From NCBI RefSeq assembly GCF_001194135.2, contig NC_068981.1, forward strand, positions 161,709,672 to 161,773,671: 64,000 nt of DNA, read 5' to 3'. Positions 26,770-38,590 of this stretch are shown piece by piece; positions within the stretch are counted from its first letter, which is position 1; each line of letters begins with the position of its first letter. The translations under genes were made by a program, and so were the position numbers. The notes under the pieces were generated by a model, which saw only the letters and a program-made list of their open reading frames with translations, had not been told where the DNA came from and did not search any database. The stretch is from Octopus bimaculoides. Taxonomy: Eukaryota.

Positions 26770-27330
26770 TAACTGTGGAAGGAGCCTGTGGAAGGAGTAT
26801 ACCCAAGAAGACATGAGATGAGGTGGTGAAGCGTGATCTTCAAATGTTAGGCCTCATGGAAGCGATGACTAGTGACAGAGGCCGTTGATGATATGCTGTC
26901 TTGGGAAGACTCATTAAACCAAGTGAAATTGTAGTCATGACCATTGCTGGTGTCATGTAAACAGGACCCATGAGATTGTAATTGTGGTCGTTGCTGGTAG
27001 CATGATCTTGAAAATGATCTTCAAATGTTGAGCCCCAGGAATGCGATGACAAGTGACCGAGACCTTGGTCATATGCTGTGCTTGAGAAAACTCGTCAAGC
27101 GAAGTGAAACCATAGTCGTGGCTGTTGCCTATGTCATATAAATGGCACCCATGCTATTGGCACATAAATTGCACCTATTACACTCTTGGAGTGGTTGGTG
27201 TTAGGAAGGGCATCCAGCTGTAGAAACCATGCCAAATCTGACTGGAACCTGATATAGCTCTCTGGCTTACCAGTCAAACCATCTAAACCATTCCAGCATG
27301 GAAAACGGACATAAATTGATGATGATGATA
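26770..27330 (+). mobile_element. RTE LINE 3' end with a duplicated ORF2-terminal segment
   Basis: 'gatcttcaaatgtt...gcgatgac.agtgac.gag' occurs twice, followed by the 3'UTR and (GAT)n. Confidence 0.7.
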
Positions 27331-27623
27331 TATATTTAAGTGCTACTGAAGAGGCGAATTAACAAAATTATATAATGCTTCAACAAGCAATTGCGTATTC
27401 CTTACAGTAATTTGTTGAAACAGGTGTATGTTTTGTAATGCATAAAATACCATATATGTTTTCTGTTTTTTGTTTATAGAAAGTATATCCTTCTCTTCTC
27501 TTGGCTTGGCTTTGCAAGCGAAAATTTACAGCAAAAAGCCTTGTACCTCTTCTTTGCTGCTCTTCTATTAGAGTGACCAGAGGAGAGTTAAGTATACAGT
27601 GTGATTTAAGGAAGTCAGTAATC

Positions 27624-28200
27624 CTCCATCTTGGCAATGCGTGTTGCCCAGCATAGCTGTGTTAACAGCTGAGTTGCTTTGATGCTTCTGACCTTCACCT
27701 GCTCTACAACCTTGATGTTCAGGACAAAGTCACTTGAGTTGACGTTGAGGGTGATGCAAAGGCAGCACTGATGGAATTGCTCAAGGAATTGTAAGTGGAA
27801 AATGATTCTGAGCTGTACAAAGGGTGTGGTTTGAACAACAGCTCTGTACACACTGATCATGATCTGTTTTTTCAGATGGTTATTGTTCCAGCCTTTTTTG
27901 TATGATGTAGTGAATGCACTATTTGCCTTGACTAGTTTGTTATTGACTTCTTTCTCAATTTTGGCATCTGATGAGTAGGCGTACTCTAGGTAGGTGAACT
28001 GTTTGACTCTCTTTAGTCCAGTCTTCCTGATGGTGTTGTGAGGTGGGTAATATTCTTGCTGTGGTGTGGATTGATGGAAGATTTTTGTTTTCTTTAAACT
28101 AACTTCTAAGCCAAAGTGCCTGGCAAAGCAAGAGGTAATGCATTGCAGGCCTGTCTCTGTGTGGGAAGTTAGGGCAGCAGTATCTGGCTATTTGCAACAT
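27624..28200 (-). mobile_element. RTE/BovB-like LINE RT C-terminal fragment (pseudogenised)
   Basis: Peptides 'FGLEVSLKKTKIFHQ', 'VKQFTYL', 'SSDAKIEKEVNNKLVKANSAF' and 'FLEQFHQCCL...QLCWATRIAKMED'. Confidence 0.8.
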
Positions 28201-28477
28201 GAGTGACTGAAAAGTCACTGTTATTCTATATATATCATTGGCAGTGATATTTGGCTGGTATGTGACAAGCAGATGCCTACCACTGAAGAAGTGCAGTATG
28301 CTAAAATCACATGATCAGACAGTTCTGGCACTCACACCAGATGATTCTCATCTGTTAACGTAATATGTCTGTGCTCTTAGCACCATACATCCATATGAGA
28401 AGATCTCTCAGGGTGAGTGATACAGTAGTTGGTATTCTAATAATACATCTTCGTTAAATAAGAGATAAAAATTGCCA

Positions 28478-28541
<64 letters not shown>

Positions 28542-29409
28542 AAAGGATTTTTTTTAGTTACCTTCTACCAAATCTACTCATAAAGCTTTAGTTGGACCAA
28601 GGCTACAGTAGAAGACATTTGTCAATGGTGCTGCCATGCAGTGGAACTGAACCTAAAACTACAATGTTTTGAGGTGAGTTTCTTAACTACACAGTCATGC
28701 TTGCATCTTGTAAAATCTGAAAGGAATTAACTAAAGCACCAAAATATCAGATGATACAGAAATTCTACAAATCCATAACACACTACACACTCATCCTTAT
28801 AAAAATAAGAAGGAAAAAAAAACTAAATAAATAAAACACACACACACACACACATATACCAAGCCAAATTACCCTGTAACCCCCCCCCCCAAAAAAAAAT
28901 GTACTTCAATAGCCAAATAGTTTCTATTGATATCCAGACACACAGTAATGAATTCTATTGATTGATCTTTTGACTGTCTTTATAGCTATCAATCATTGTA
29001 TTGTATTTGATATTATCCAAATAGATACTGCTGCTTGTGGTTTTGTTTGCAATTGGTTTCATTTCTTTTCAATGTTTTCATTCTTTTTCTTAAAACCCTT
29101 TTAATACCAACCTGCCTGTGACTGCCTGGTTCTTTAATACAACCTTCTTGTTTTAAAGCAATCTAAATTAAAGCCTTCCATTGAGATTTCATGTCAATTA
29201 TGTCTCAAACATCAGCTTAATTATGACTAAGTTATTTTATGAAATTCTTCATTATCGAAATTTATTTAAACAAATAGAATATATTACTTCATGAATTTTG
29301 TAACAAAAGTGTGAAAGAAGGATCTAGAATCAGATGTTCTTTTCTCTGAATCCTTGCTGCTCAAACGCAGTATGGCTCAAGATATGTAGAATTTCTAAGC
29401 TTTCTACTA

Positions 29410-31471
29410 TAGGTTTTTGCAGTCGTTTTCATATGTTTGTCATTCAATTTAATAATCAGGTCATTCAAAGTTGCGCAAAAATTATCGCCATGAAGTTAGA
29501 TATTCAAATTCATTTTTCAATCATTCAGTTTTGCACTTTGGTCAAATAATGTAGCATCTACATCATTCAAATTAAAATGCCCGCCGGGATCATTCAAGTG
29601 AGTCAGAATGTAAGGTAGTGTCTTTTTAAGCCCATGTCTTTTCTATATTTTCTTTTATTTTTGCATAAATACATGTATTTATTATTAAAGACATCATGAA
29701 ATCGCATTCCAGTCTTTTCAATATTTTTAAAGAAACTCACAATTACAACAGTTGCTCATTTTCTTTGATTTTGAATACATTATGTTGTGATATGTGTTCT
29801 TCCTTTACATAATATGTCTTGTTGGGAAAAGTATATATTTCTTTGATTTTGCATTCTTTCATTCATTGAGGAAAGGGTGCTATGCACACTAAAATAATAA
29901 TTGATTTACATTTTTGATAAGGAGAGTTTGTTTCTAGGAGTTAGGTCTGGGTGTCTCTATACCAACAAACACAATTTTCTGGAGTGATAGCGTTGATGTT
30001 ACACTTTGCAACCTGTTGTATGATATGTGCTTGCCATTCTTCCATGGTCTTGTCAGCTTCTTCTGCAGCTGCCCAGTTGCCAACCTTTTGCTACAACTCA
30101 TTTCGAGTGAGGTCCCACTTGACAGCCGCCTTAAAGGCAGAATGTACCAAGAAACAGCAAGTAGAGAGGCAGGAGTTTCAGATGGAACGTAGGTTGGTGT
30201 CAGCTGGGAGCTCAGCACAAATGTGTGACCACGCGCTGTCATAGATCAAGTAGATGAATTCAACCACTGGGAACATGTTGGCACATGCTCCAACTGTTTC
30301 CGCCAAGAACTCCTCGAAAGAGTTTCATGTAATTGTATTGTTCACAACAGAGTGGTGAACCAGGCCAATTTCTCCCGACACCATGAAAGTAACATTGCAA
30401 TTTTTCCCAAGCTGATGGTTGACAAGGAACGCCTCAAGGGGCTCATCCAAAAGACCACCTGGTCCAAATGTTGTACCCACATTCATCAATGAACACACAA
30501 TGGTCAATGACTCCCTCTTCTATGAACCTATGTGCATACTCATAATGCTTTTCCAGAGTTTTTGGGGCATTTCCTGCATCTGGGACGTTTTTGGATAACT
30601 TCATAGTTATCAACATCCCATCTAGAGCCCATGAGATTGCAGACATGGAAACAGGTAGCTTTCTGGGAAATATTGCCTCTAAGTTCCTCTTCATCGGTTG
30701 AAGGGTTGCGAGTGGTTTGGCATTAATAATCACCTGAAGCCTGGCTCACATTTCCTCACCAAACTTAACATGGTGGGCACCTCTTCTAGACTACTTGTGA
30801 CACCCCCCAGACTGTAAGTAGGTCACTACTATGAACTGGGCAGTACTTCTTTTAATAACAAGTGTGTCTGTCAGTTACAGGTAATCAGTTTGATGCCCCT
30901 CAAATGTGTCAACCAGCCTTGCCCTATCTTCATCCAATATACACATGTACCTTAAGCGTGGCTCCATGATTACAAGTTGGTGTAAGAGAAAGAGATATAA
31001 AATGCAACTGATACCAACCGGTTATGAATGTTGCAATGAAAAAGACTCTCATGAACAGAAGAATCACGTAATTTATTTCTTCCTTGTAGCTTTTACAACA
31101 TAATAAAATTTGCATGACAAAACATGTCATTTAAATTTGTCATTTTTAGCATTCACTTCTTAGAATGTGAGTAAAAACACACATATAACATTTGTGCTAA
31201 ATTGAATAAACTTATTCCAAACTTGAATGCTCACATGCGAATTTGAAGGCTTGAAAAGACACTTCCTCACATTCCGACTAATTTGAATGCTCTTGATGGG
31301 CATTTTAATTTGAATGATATGAATGCTAAATTCTTTGACCGAAGTGCAAAATTGAATGGTCATAAAACGAATTTGAATGACCAACTTCATGGTGCTAATT
31401 TTTTTCATAACTTTAAATGACCTGAATATCAAACTGAATGACAAACGTATGCAAATGACTGCAAAAACCTA
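29410..31471 (-). mobile_element. Complete decayed IS630/Tc1-superfamily DNA transposon with 223-bp TIRs
   Basis: TIRs at 29410-29632 and 31249-31471 begin taggtttttgcagtc; TA TSDs at 29408-29409 and 31472-31473; transposase remnant inside. Confidence 0.85.
29934..30967 (-). pseudogene. IS630/Tc1-type DDE transposase pseudogene
   Basis: 'MEPRLRYMCILDEDRARLVDTFE...RSTAQFIV...VSMSAISWALDG...CVFIDECGYNIWTR...YLIYDSAWSH...AITPENCVCWYR', with multiple stops and frameshifts. The SPxLNPxE motif is damaged. Confidence 0.85.
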
Positions 31472-31698
31472 TATTGTTGCAAATTAGTATAGAATGCATT
31501 ATGGCTGGTTCAGTTTGTGTTGGCCCTTTTTAAGCAAAGCTAGAATCAAATATGTTCTGGTTGTTACCAGCTCATCTTTTATTCAGATGCAATATATCAA
31601 GAATTGCATTATTTAGTATAACTTTTTTTTTTTTAAATGGTAAGGTGTGATTTGAAGTGAGATTTGACAATTAAACATACATCACATACACACACACA

Positions 31699-31783
<85 letters not shown>

Positions 31784-32505
31784 CTATTGTCATCTTTTTA
31801 ATGTTCACTTTTCCATGCCTGCAAGGAATTTGTCAAAGCAGATTTTCTATGGTTGGATGTCTTTCTTGTCACCAAATCTTACTTGTTTCCAAGCATGGTA
31901 ATATCTTCTCATGGTTGGACGTTTTCCATGGGAGACTGTAAATGGAAAACATGGCCTGCCTGATGATGATGATGATGCTTGTTTACAACTGTGATTTCAA
32001 AACAAGGCTAAACACACATTCATGTTTTTTTTTTAATAGGCTTAAGTTTGCTAAGACACAAGAGAGTACCCCATCTTTTGCAGACCATCTGAAACTGGTG
32101 AGTTTAGTATACTTCATGTGTAGCATGAACATTTGAAAGTTGATGTCTCTGGATAAAATAATGGCAAAGAATGATTCCAGAAGCTTTTTAGTTTTGAGGA
32201 AAAAAGATTGGGTAAAATTGTGATGCAATATAAAACCAGATCTTATAAAGCTGAAAATTTATAATCTCAAATATTCAGTCTGGTTTTGTACTAGTTCTGT
32301 CATTTTGGTAAAATGATTATGTTAAGTTTACTTTTGATACTGAAATGTTTCAGTGTCCTTGATAATCTTTATATATCTCGTCTTCTTCACATGAAAAGAT
32401 GCCTCATTATGATGATCCATGCCATCATAACAAACACAAGACTGACCTGCTAGAAACATCCGCAAAACCTCCTTCAATTGTCTTAGTAAAAGAAAGCATT
32501 GTACA

Positions 32506-32889
32506 GGCACAGGAGTGGCTGTGTGGTAAGTAGCTTGCTTACCAACCACATGGTTCCGGGTTCATTCCCACTGCGTCCACCTTGGGCAAGTGTCTTCTAC
32601 TATAGCCTCGGGCCGACCAAAGCCTTGTGAGTGTATTTGGTAGACGGAAACTGAAAGAAGTCCGTTGTATATATATGTATATGTATATATATATGTGTGT
32701 GTTTTTGTGTCTATGTTTGTTCCCCCAACATCGGTTGACAACCTATGCTGGTGTGTTTACCTCCCCATAACTTAGCCATTCGGCAAAAGAGACCGATAGA
32801 ATAAGTCCTGGGGTCGATTTGCTCGACTAAAGGCAGTGCTCCAGCATGGCCACAGTCAAATTACTGAAACAAGTAAAAGAGTAAAAGAG
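32506..32889 (+). mobile_element. Family A SINE, full length
   Basis: Close match to the consensus. Confidence 0.9.
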
Positions 32890-33551
32890 TCGTTTTTGAT
32901 ACACAAACAGATAAGGTGGTCACTGCTGGACATCTATGATCATATAGGTCTGTTCATTTAGAATTTACTAGGGGACTAAACAACAATGACAACAACAATG
33001 ATGACAATGATAACCACAACATCAGCAACAACAAGCACAGTGAGAAATGCCTTGCTGTAGAGCATCCAGTAAACACTGAAGTAAACTCGAAAATCTCCTG
33101 CTGCTTAGTTTATTCAATGTGTTGAAATGCCAAACCAATTTGCTATTCATTAACTTGCACTAGCTCCAAAGAACAATCCTACCAATTTAGAATTTCTTGG
33201 ATACAAGCTGGATTATAGTTTCTTGTATTTTCAGTATGTAATTATGTAGCTCTACCTTATCTTTTGCTATTAAATATATAAATGCATCTAAATAAAGTAA
33301 AGAAAAATCAGAGGCCGTCACTGTATTTTATCAAATTTGTTTCTTAAGATTGATTAAATGTTTACACTGGAACTTTAGAAATAATAATTTTGCAGCAAAG
33401 AAAAAAAAAAAGATAAATAAATTAGACTGTGGAGGATGAGGATAATGATATTGTGGATGAAGAGAGATGAGGAAAGCTCCTGTGACCTTTGCATCTTCCT
33501 TACCAAACTGTTGAAGTCAATGTGGTTGATGTTCGGAGTGAACTTCTGAAG

Positions 33552-33705
33552 ATCATCATCATCATCATCATCATCGTCGTCGTCATCATCATCATCATCA
33601 TCATCATCATCGTCGTCGTCGTCGTTGTCGTCGTCATCGTCGTAATCATCATCATCATCATCATCATCATCTTCATCATCATCATCATCTTCATCTCATC
33701 ATCAT
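33552..33705. repeat. (ATC/GTC)n trinucleotide microsatellite continuing into an RTE-type SINE tail (minus strand, to about 33930)
   Basis: Seen directly in the sequence. Confidence 0.9.
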
Positions 33706-33943
33706 TGTTTTTAACGTTCATTTTTTCACTCTTGCATAGGTCGGATGGAATTTGTTGAGACTGATCTTCTATGGTTGGATGCCCTTCCTGTCACAAACCC
33801 TCATCTGCTTCCAAGTAAAGCATAGTAATTTTCCCCCATTACCAGATTTATTTTTCACAAAATATTGGAAACAAAGGACACTTCTTGCATGACTGTGATA
33901 CTTGTTTACAACCATCATGTGATGTCAAGGCAAGGAAACAGTA

Positions 33944-33984
<41 letters not shown>

Positions 33985-34649
33985 ATGGACCTCTTTCAGT
34001 TTCTCTCTACCAAATCCACTCATAAAGTATTGGTCAGCCTAGGGCTAACCAAGATGCCATGCAGTGGAACTGAACCTGAAACCACAGACTCGGGAAGCAA
34101 ACTTCTTACTACACAGCCATACCTATACCATTCTTGCACCTTGATGTCTATAGGAAAATGGTTAAATGTGAGGAAATTGAGAGGATTGCAGATATGTGGA
34201 GGAAGGATTGAAAAAAGTGTTTAGTATAGAATCTGGTGACGGAAGCACAGTATTATAACAAGAAACTGAGAAGCAAACGTACATAAGGGGCTTTGATAGA
34301 GGTGCTACATGACCATTGCATTGCATACCCTCCTAGACAGGTTAGATTCATGTAGTTGATGTTCAGCTCTAGCATTTGTAGGTTCACATCATCATTTAAT
34401 GATTTAATGTGTGTTTTCTATGCTGGCATGAACTGGATGGTTTGTCAGGAGCTGGTGAGTCAGAGAACTGTACCAAGTTCCAATGTCTGCTTTGGCATGG
34501 TTTCTATGATTGCAGAAACCATTTTACAAAGTGTATTCGGATTTTTATGTTGCAGTGTCATCACCAAGTAACTCACAAGGCAACCCCACCCCTCAACTGA
34601 GGGTGAGTAATGTTGGGGGAGGTAGTTTTATATCTAGTGGTAGCAGGTT

Positions 34650-35769
34650 AAAGTATGGTAGGGAGACAGACACAAGTGTCTTGATGTAGGGGAAAGATAT
34701 GCTGTAAAACCATGCAGTCTACCTTTTACTAGAGGTAGACTGCATGATGTATGTGTGTAAACAGCCATGCTACATAGCAGTGAAACATGGGTTGTGACAA
34801 CTGAGGACATGCGTAAGCTTGCAAGGAATGAAGCTAGTATGCTCCGCTGGATGTGTAATATCAGTGTGCATATATGACAGAGTGTAAGTGCCCTGAGAGA
34901 AAAGTTGGATTTAAGAAGCATCAGATGTGGTGTGCAAGAGAGACAACTGCACTGGTATGGTCATGTGTTGTGTATGGATGGGGAAAGCAGTGTGAAAAGT
35001 GTCACACCCTAGCATCAGAGGGAACCTGTGGAAGAGGTAGACCTATGAAGATCTGGGATGAGGTGATGAAGCACAACCTTCAAACGTTGGGCTTCATGGA
35101 AGCGATGCCAAGTGAGCAAGACCTTTGGAGATAAGCTGTGCGTGAGAAGACCTGGCAAACCATGTGAGACAGTAACTGTGGCCTATGTCAGTGCAGCATA
35201 ACCAGCCCATTTAAAAGTACCCTTCAATCATTGGGCAATAAACTGAGCTTGCGAAGACCTGTTGAGGCAAGTGATGTCATTATCATGGCTGATGACAGTA
35301 CCATCTGATTGGCACCTGTGCCAGTGACATGTAAAAAGCACCATTTGAGCGTGGTTGATGCCAGTGCTGCCTGACTGGTCCCATGCTGGTGGCATGTAAA
35401 AAGCACCATTCCAGTGCGATCGTTGCCAGTGCTGCTTGACTTGCTCCTGTGCTGGTGGCACATAAAAAGCACCATTTGAATGTGGTTGATGCCAGTGCCG
35501 CCTGACTGGTCTTGTACTGACGGCATGTAAAAAGTACCATTCAAGTATGGTTGATACCAGTACTGCCTGACTGGCCCTCATGCTAGTGGCACATAAAAAG
35601 CACCCACTACACTCTCAGAATGGTTGATGTTAGGAAGGACATCCAGCTGTAGACACTTTGCCAGATCAGACTGGAGCCTGGTGCAGCCATCTTGCTTGCC
35701 AGCTCTCAGTCAAACTGTCCAACCCATGTCAACATGGAAAGTGGATGGTAAATGACAACGATGATGATG

Positions 35770-35770
<1 letters not shown>
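34650..35770 (+). mobile_element. RTE LINE 3' portion: ORF2 C-terminus, tandemly repeated 3'UTR and tail
   Basis: 'EDMRKLARNEASMLRWMCNISVH', 'EGTCGRGRPMKIWDEVMKHNLQTLG'; (GAT)n tail. Confidence 0.85.
35325..35610 (+). repeat. Tandem array of 65-66 bp units within the RTE 3'UTR
   Basis: The anchor aaaaag(c/t)acc falls at 35333, 35398, 35464, 35529 and 35595. Confidence 0.85.
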
Positions 35771-35809
<39 letters not shown>

Positions 35810-36361
35810 CTATATACATATATACATACATATATATATACATACATACATATTGTATCCCTGGGTGACTCTACAGCTTCCAAGACTACAATTGTGTTCG
35901 TCTTGGCTTACGAAAAATGACTGAATTGTGGGTGTTAAGCCCCTATTAAGGAGTCTTACTAACCACTTAAGAAGTCAAAATTTTAGGAATATTACTTCAT
36001 TTGTGTCTAATATCTATGGTTAAAATTTCATGAACAGCAAAAATATATGAATTTTCATGGGGGTTATGGCCTCATTTATGCCCCTTCATTTTCAAACATA
36101 TACTGCATTACATCTGTCCGTATGGATAGAATATAATTTCCAGATTTCATAAACATCCATTCAGTACTTTTGACTTTGTTTTGGATCATAAAAAATGACT
36201 AAAATTTGGGAGTTAAGGCTCCATTAAGGGCAGGGTCTTAGAATCCTCACGAGAAGCAGAAACTTTGGGAATACTTCTTGATTTGTGTGAATTACCTATA
36301 GTTGAAATTTCATCAACATTGGAAATTTATGAATATATATATGTGTGTGTGTGTGTGTATA

Positions 36362-36697
36362 GTGAAGGTGCATGGCTCTGTGGTTAGGGCATCGAGCTTA
36401 CGATCGAGAAGTTGTGAGTTCGAATCCTGGACTGGGCTGCATGTTGTGTTCTTGAGCAAGACACTTTATTTCACGTTGCTCCACTTCACTCTGCTGTAGA
36501 AATGAGTTGCGACGTCACTGGTGCCAAGCTGTATCGGCCTTTGTCTTTCCCTTGAATAACACTGGTGGCGTGGAGAGGGGACGCCAGTATGCATGGGCGA
36601 CTGCTGGTCTTCCATAAACAAACTTGCCCTGACTTGTACCTTGGAGGGCAACTTTCTAAGTGCAAACCCATGGTCAGTCATGACTGAAGGGGGTCTC
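36362..36697 (+). mobile_element. tRNA-derived SINE (family D) with a CORE/V-like central domain
   Basis: A-box 'tggctctgtggttagg', B-box 'gagttcgaatcc', then 'gtgttcttgagcaagacactttatttcac'. Confidence 0.7.
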
Positions 36698-36725
36698 GGC
36701 TCAGTCTCTCACACACACACACACA

Positions 36726-36767
<42 letters not shown>

Positions 36768-37040
36768 ATACTGAGGAACCATCTAAAAAGGCTATATTTA
36801 AAAAAAAAACGTCTGGTACTCATATTGTTGGTCTCTTTTGTGGAACTGTTATGCTATGGGGACATAAACAAACCAACACCAGTTGTCAAGCTATGTTAAG
36901 GGACAAACACAAAGTCACAAATATATATATATATATGTGTACACATAAACTATGTCTATGTAGATATGTATATACAAGTATGCTTGCGTAAATTTTAATA
37001 CTATGTATTGTTTTGGTGTTATCATGAGGTATACAGTATA

Positions 37041-37241
37041 CTCTTTTACTTGTTTCAGTCATTTGACTGTGGCCATGCTGGAGCACTGCCTTTAGTCAAG
37101 CAAATCAACCCCAGGACTTATTCTTTGTAAGCCTAGTATTTATTCTATCGGTCTCTTTTGCCAAACCGCTAAATTACGGGGACATAAACACCAGCATAGG
37201 TTGTCAAGCGATGTTGGGGGGTGCCAAATACAGACACACAA

Positions 37242-37272
<31 letters not shown>

Positions 37273-37481
37273 TATATATATNNNNNNNNNNNNNNNNNNN
37301 NNTATATATACATATATACAACGGGCTTCTTTCAGTTTCCGTCTACCAAATCCACTCACAAGGGTTTGGTCAGCCCGAGGCTATAGTAGAAGACACTTGC
37401 CGAAGGTGCCATGCAGTGGGACTGAACCCGGAACCATGTGGTTGGTAAGCAAGCTACTTACCACACAGCCACTCCTGCGCC
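37041..37481 (-). mobile_element. Family A SINE, full length
   Basis: Close match to the consensus; N-gap in the microsatellite. Confidence 0.9.
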
Positions 37482-38160
37482 TATGTAAAATATCAATGAT
37501 CTTCTGAGTTACTTTATTTTCCTCGAGGTATCAATCTCTATAAACCAGTGAAGATCAGCCAAAGAAACACATTGCTACATAGTCAACTTCAATATATTCT
37601 AGTCTGGTGAAGATTCTGAATGCGAATTCTGGCTAAGTGGAGTGATTGATAGAACTTTTAAAGTTGAGTTGTTTTATCTCTGTCTGATAAAGAATAATAT
37701 TTGAGTCGTCAAATTTATAAGTTTCAAGGATGGTTTTTCCCTTTAAGATATTAAAATGCCACCAGAAATACAATAAAAGTTATCTGCAAATATCTTTAGT
37801 ACAATTTCATCATAATTTGACTAAGAATATGCTTATGCATTGTGCTGTTATTTTTAATGCTATAGTGACCAGCCTGTGGTGGTATAGGTATTCAAACTAT
37901 TTTGGTATTCTATTACAATACCAAAATAGTTTGAACACTACATTTCTCTAGAATTTATTAAAGCTGTTGCTGTACCAAAGTCTAAGTATTTTGGTTCAAT
38001 ATTATTTCATTCTTGGCAATATCACATTAATTCCTCCCACACCATATTTCAACTTTAACTGTTGTTAGGCCGTTATGAGGTACACATACTTTTACTGGGC
38101 CAGAATGGTGAGAAAATATTGGGAAAATGCATTTGGTATAGATCTCTCAATTTATCCATC

Positions 38161-38590
38161 TCTTACTTGTTTCAATCATTAGACTGCAGCCATGCTGGGG
38201 CAACACCTTGAAGGATTTAGTCAAATAAATTGACACCCAGTACTTTTTGTTTTTCAAGTTTGGCACTTATTCTATCGGTCTCTTTTTGCCAAACTGCTAA
38301 GTTATGAGAACATAAACAAAGCAACACTGGTTGCCAAGTGGTGGTGGGGACAATCATAAGCACACATATGCACATGTGCACATGCACACACATATCATCA
38401 TCATCATCATCATTTAATGTCTGTTCTCCACATGTTGAGTTCTTTCAATTTCTGTCTACTAAATCCACTCACAAGCTTTGGTCAGCCCAAGGCTCTAGTA
38501 GAAGGTACTTGCCCAAGGTACCACACAATGGGACTAAATCCAGAACCATGTGACTGGGAAGCAAACTTCAAATTACACAGCCACATCTGC
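38161..38590 (-). mobile_element. Family A SINE, decayed
   Basis: Tail and head motifs are recognisable. Confidence 0.7.

Noticed and set aside
33489-33758. Poly-Ile/Val and poly-Met/Thr ORFs resembling a membrane protein
   Set aside because: They derive from an (ATC/GTC)n microsatellite.
35325-35610. CRISPR-like regularly spaced repeats (also 45170-45660)
   Set aside because: The intervening sequences are homologous to each other, the arrays lie in RTE 3'UTRs, there are no cas genes, and the DNA is eukaryotic.
35910-36325. Two diverged ~125-bp direct repeats about 280 bp apart
   Set aside because: Probably the internal repeats of an old DNA-transposon relic; too degenerate to classify or support.
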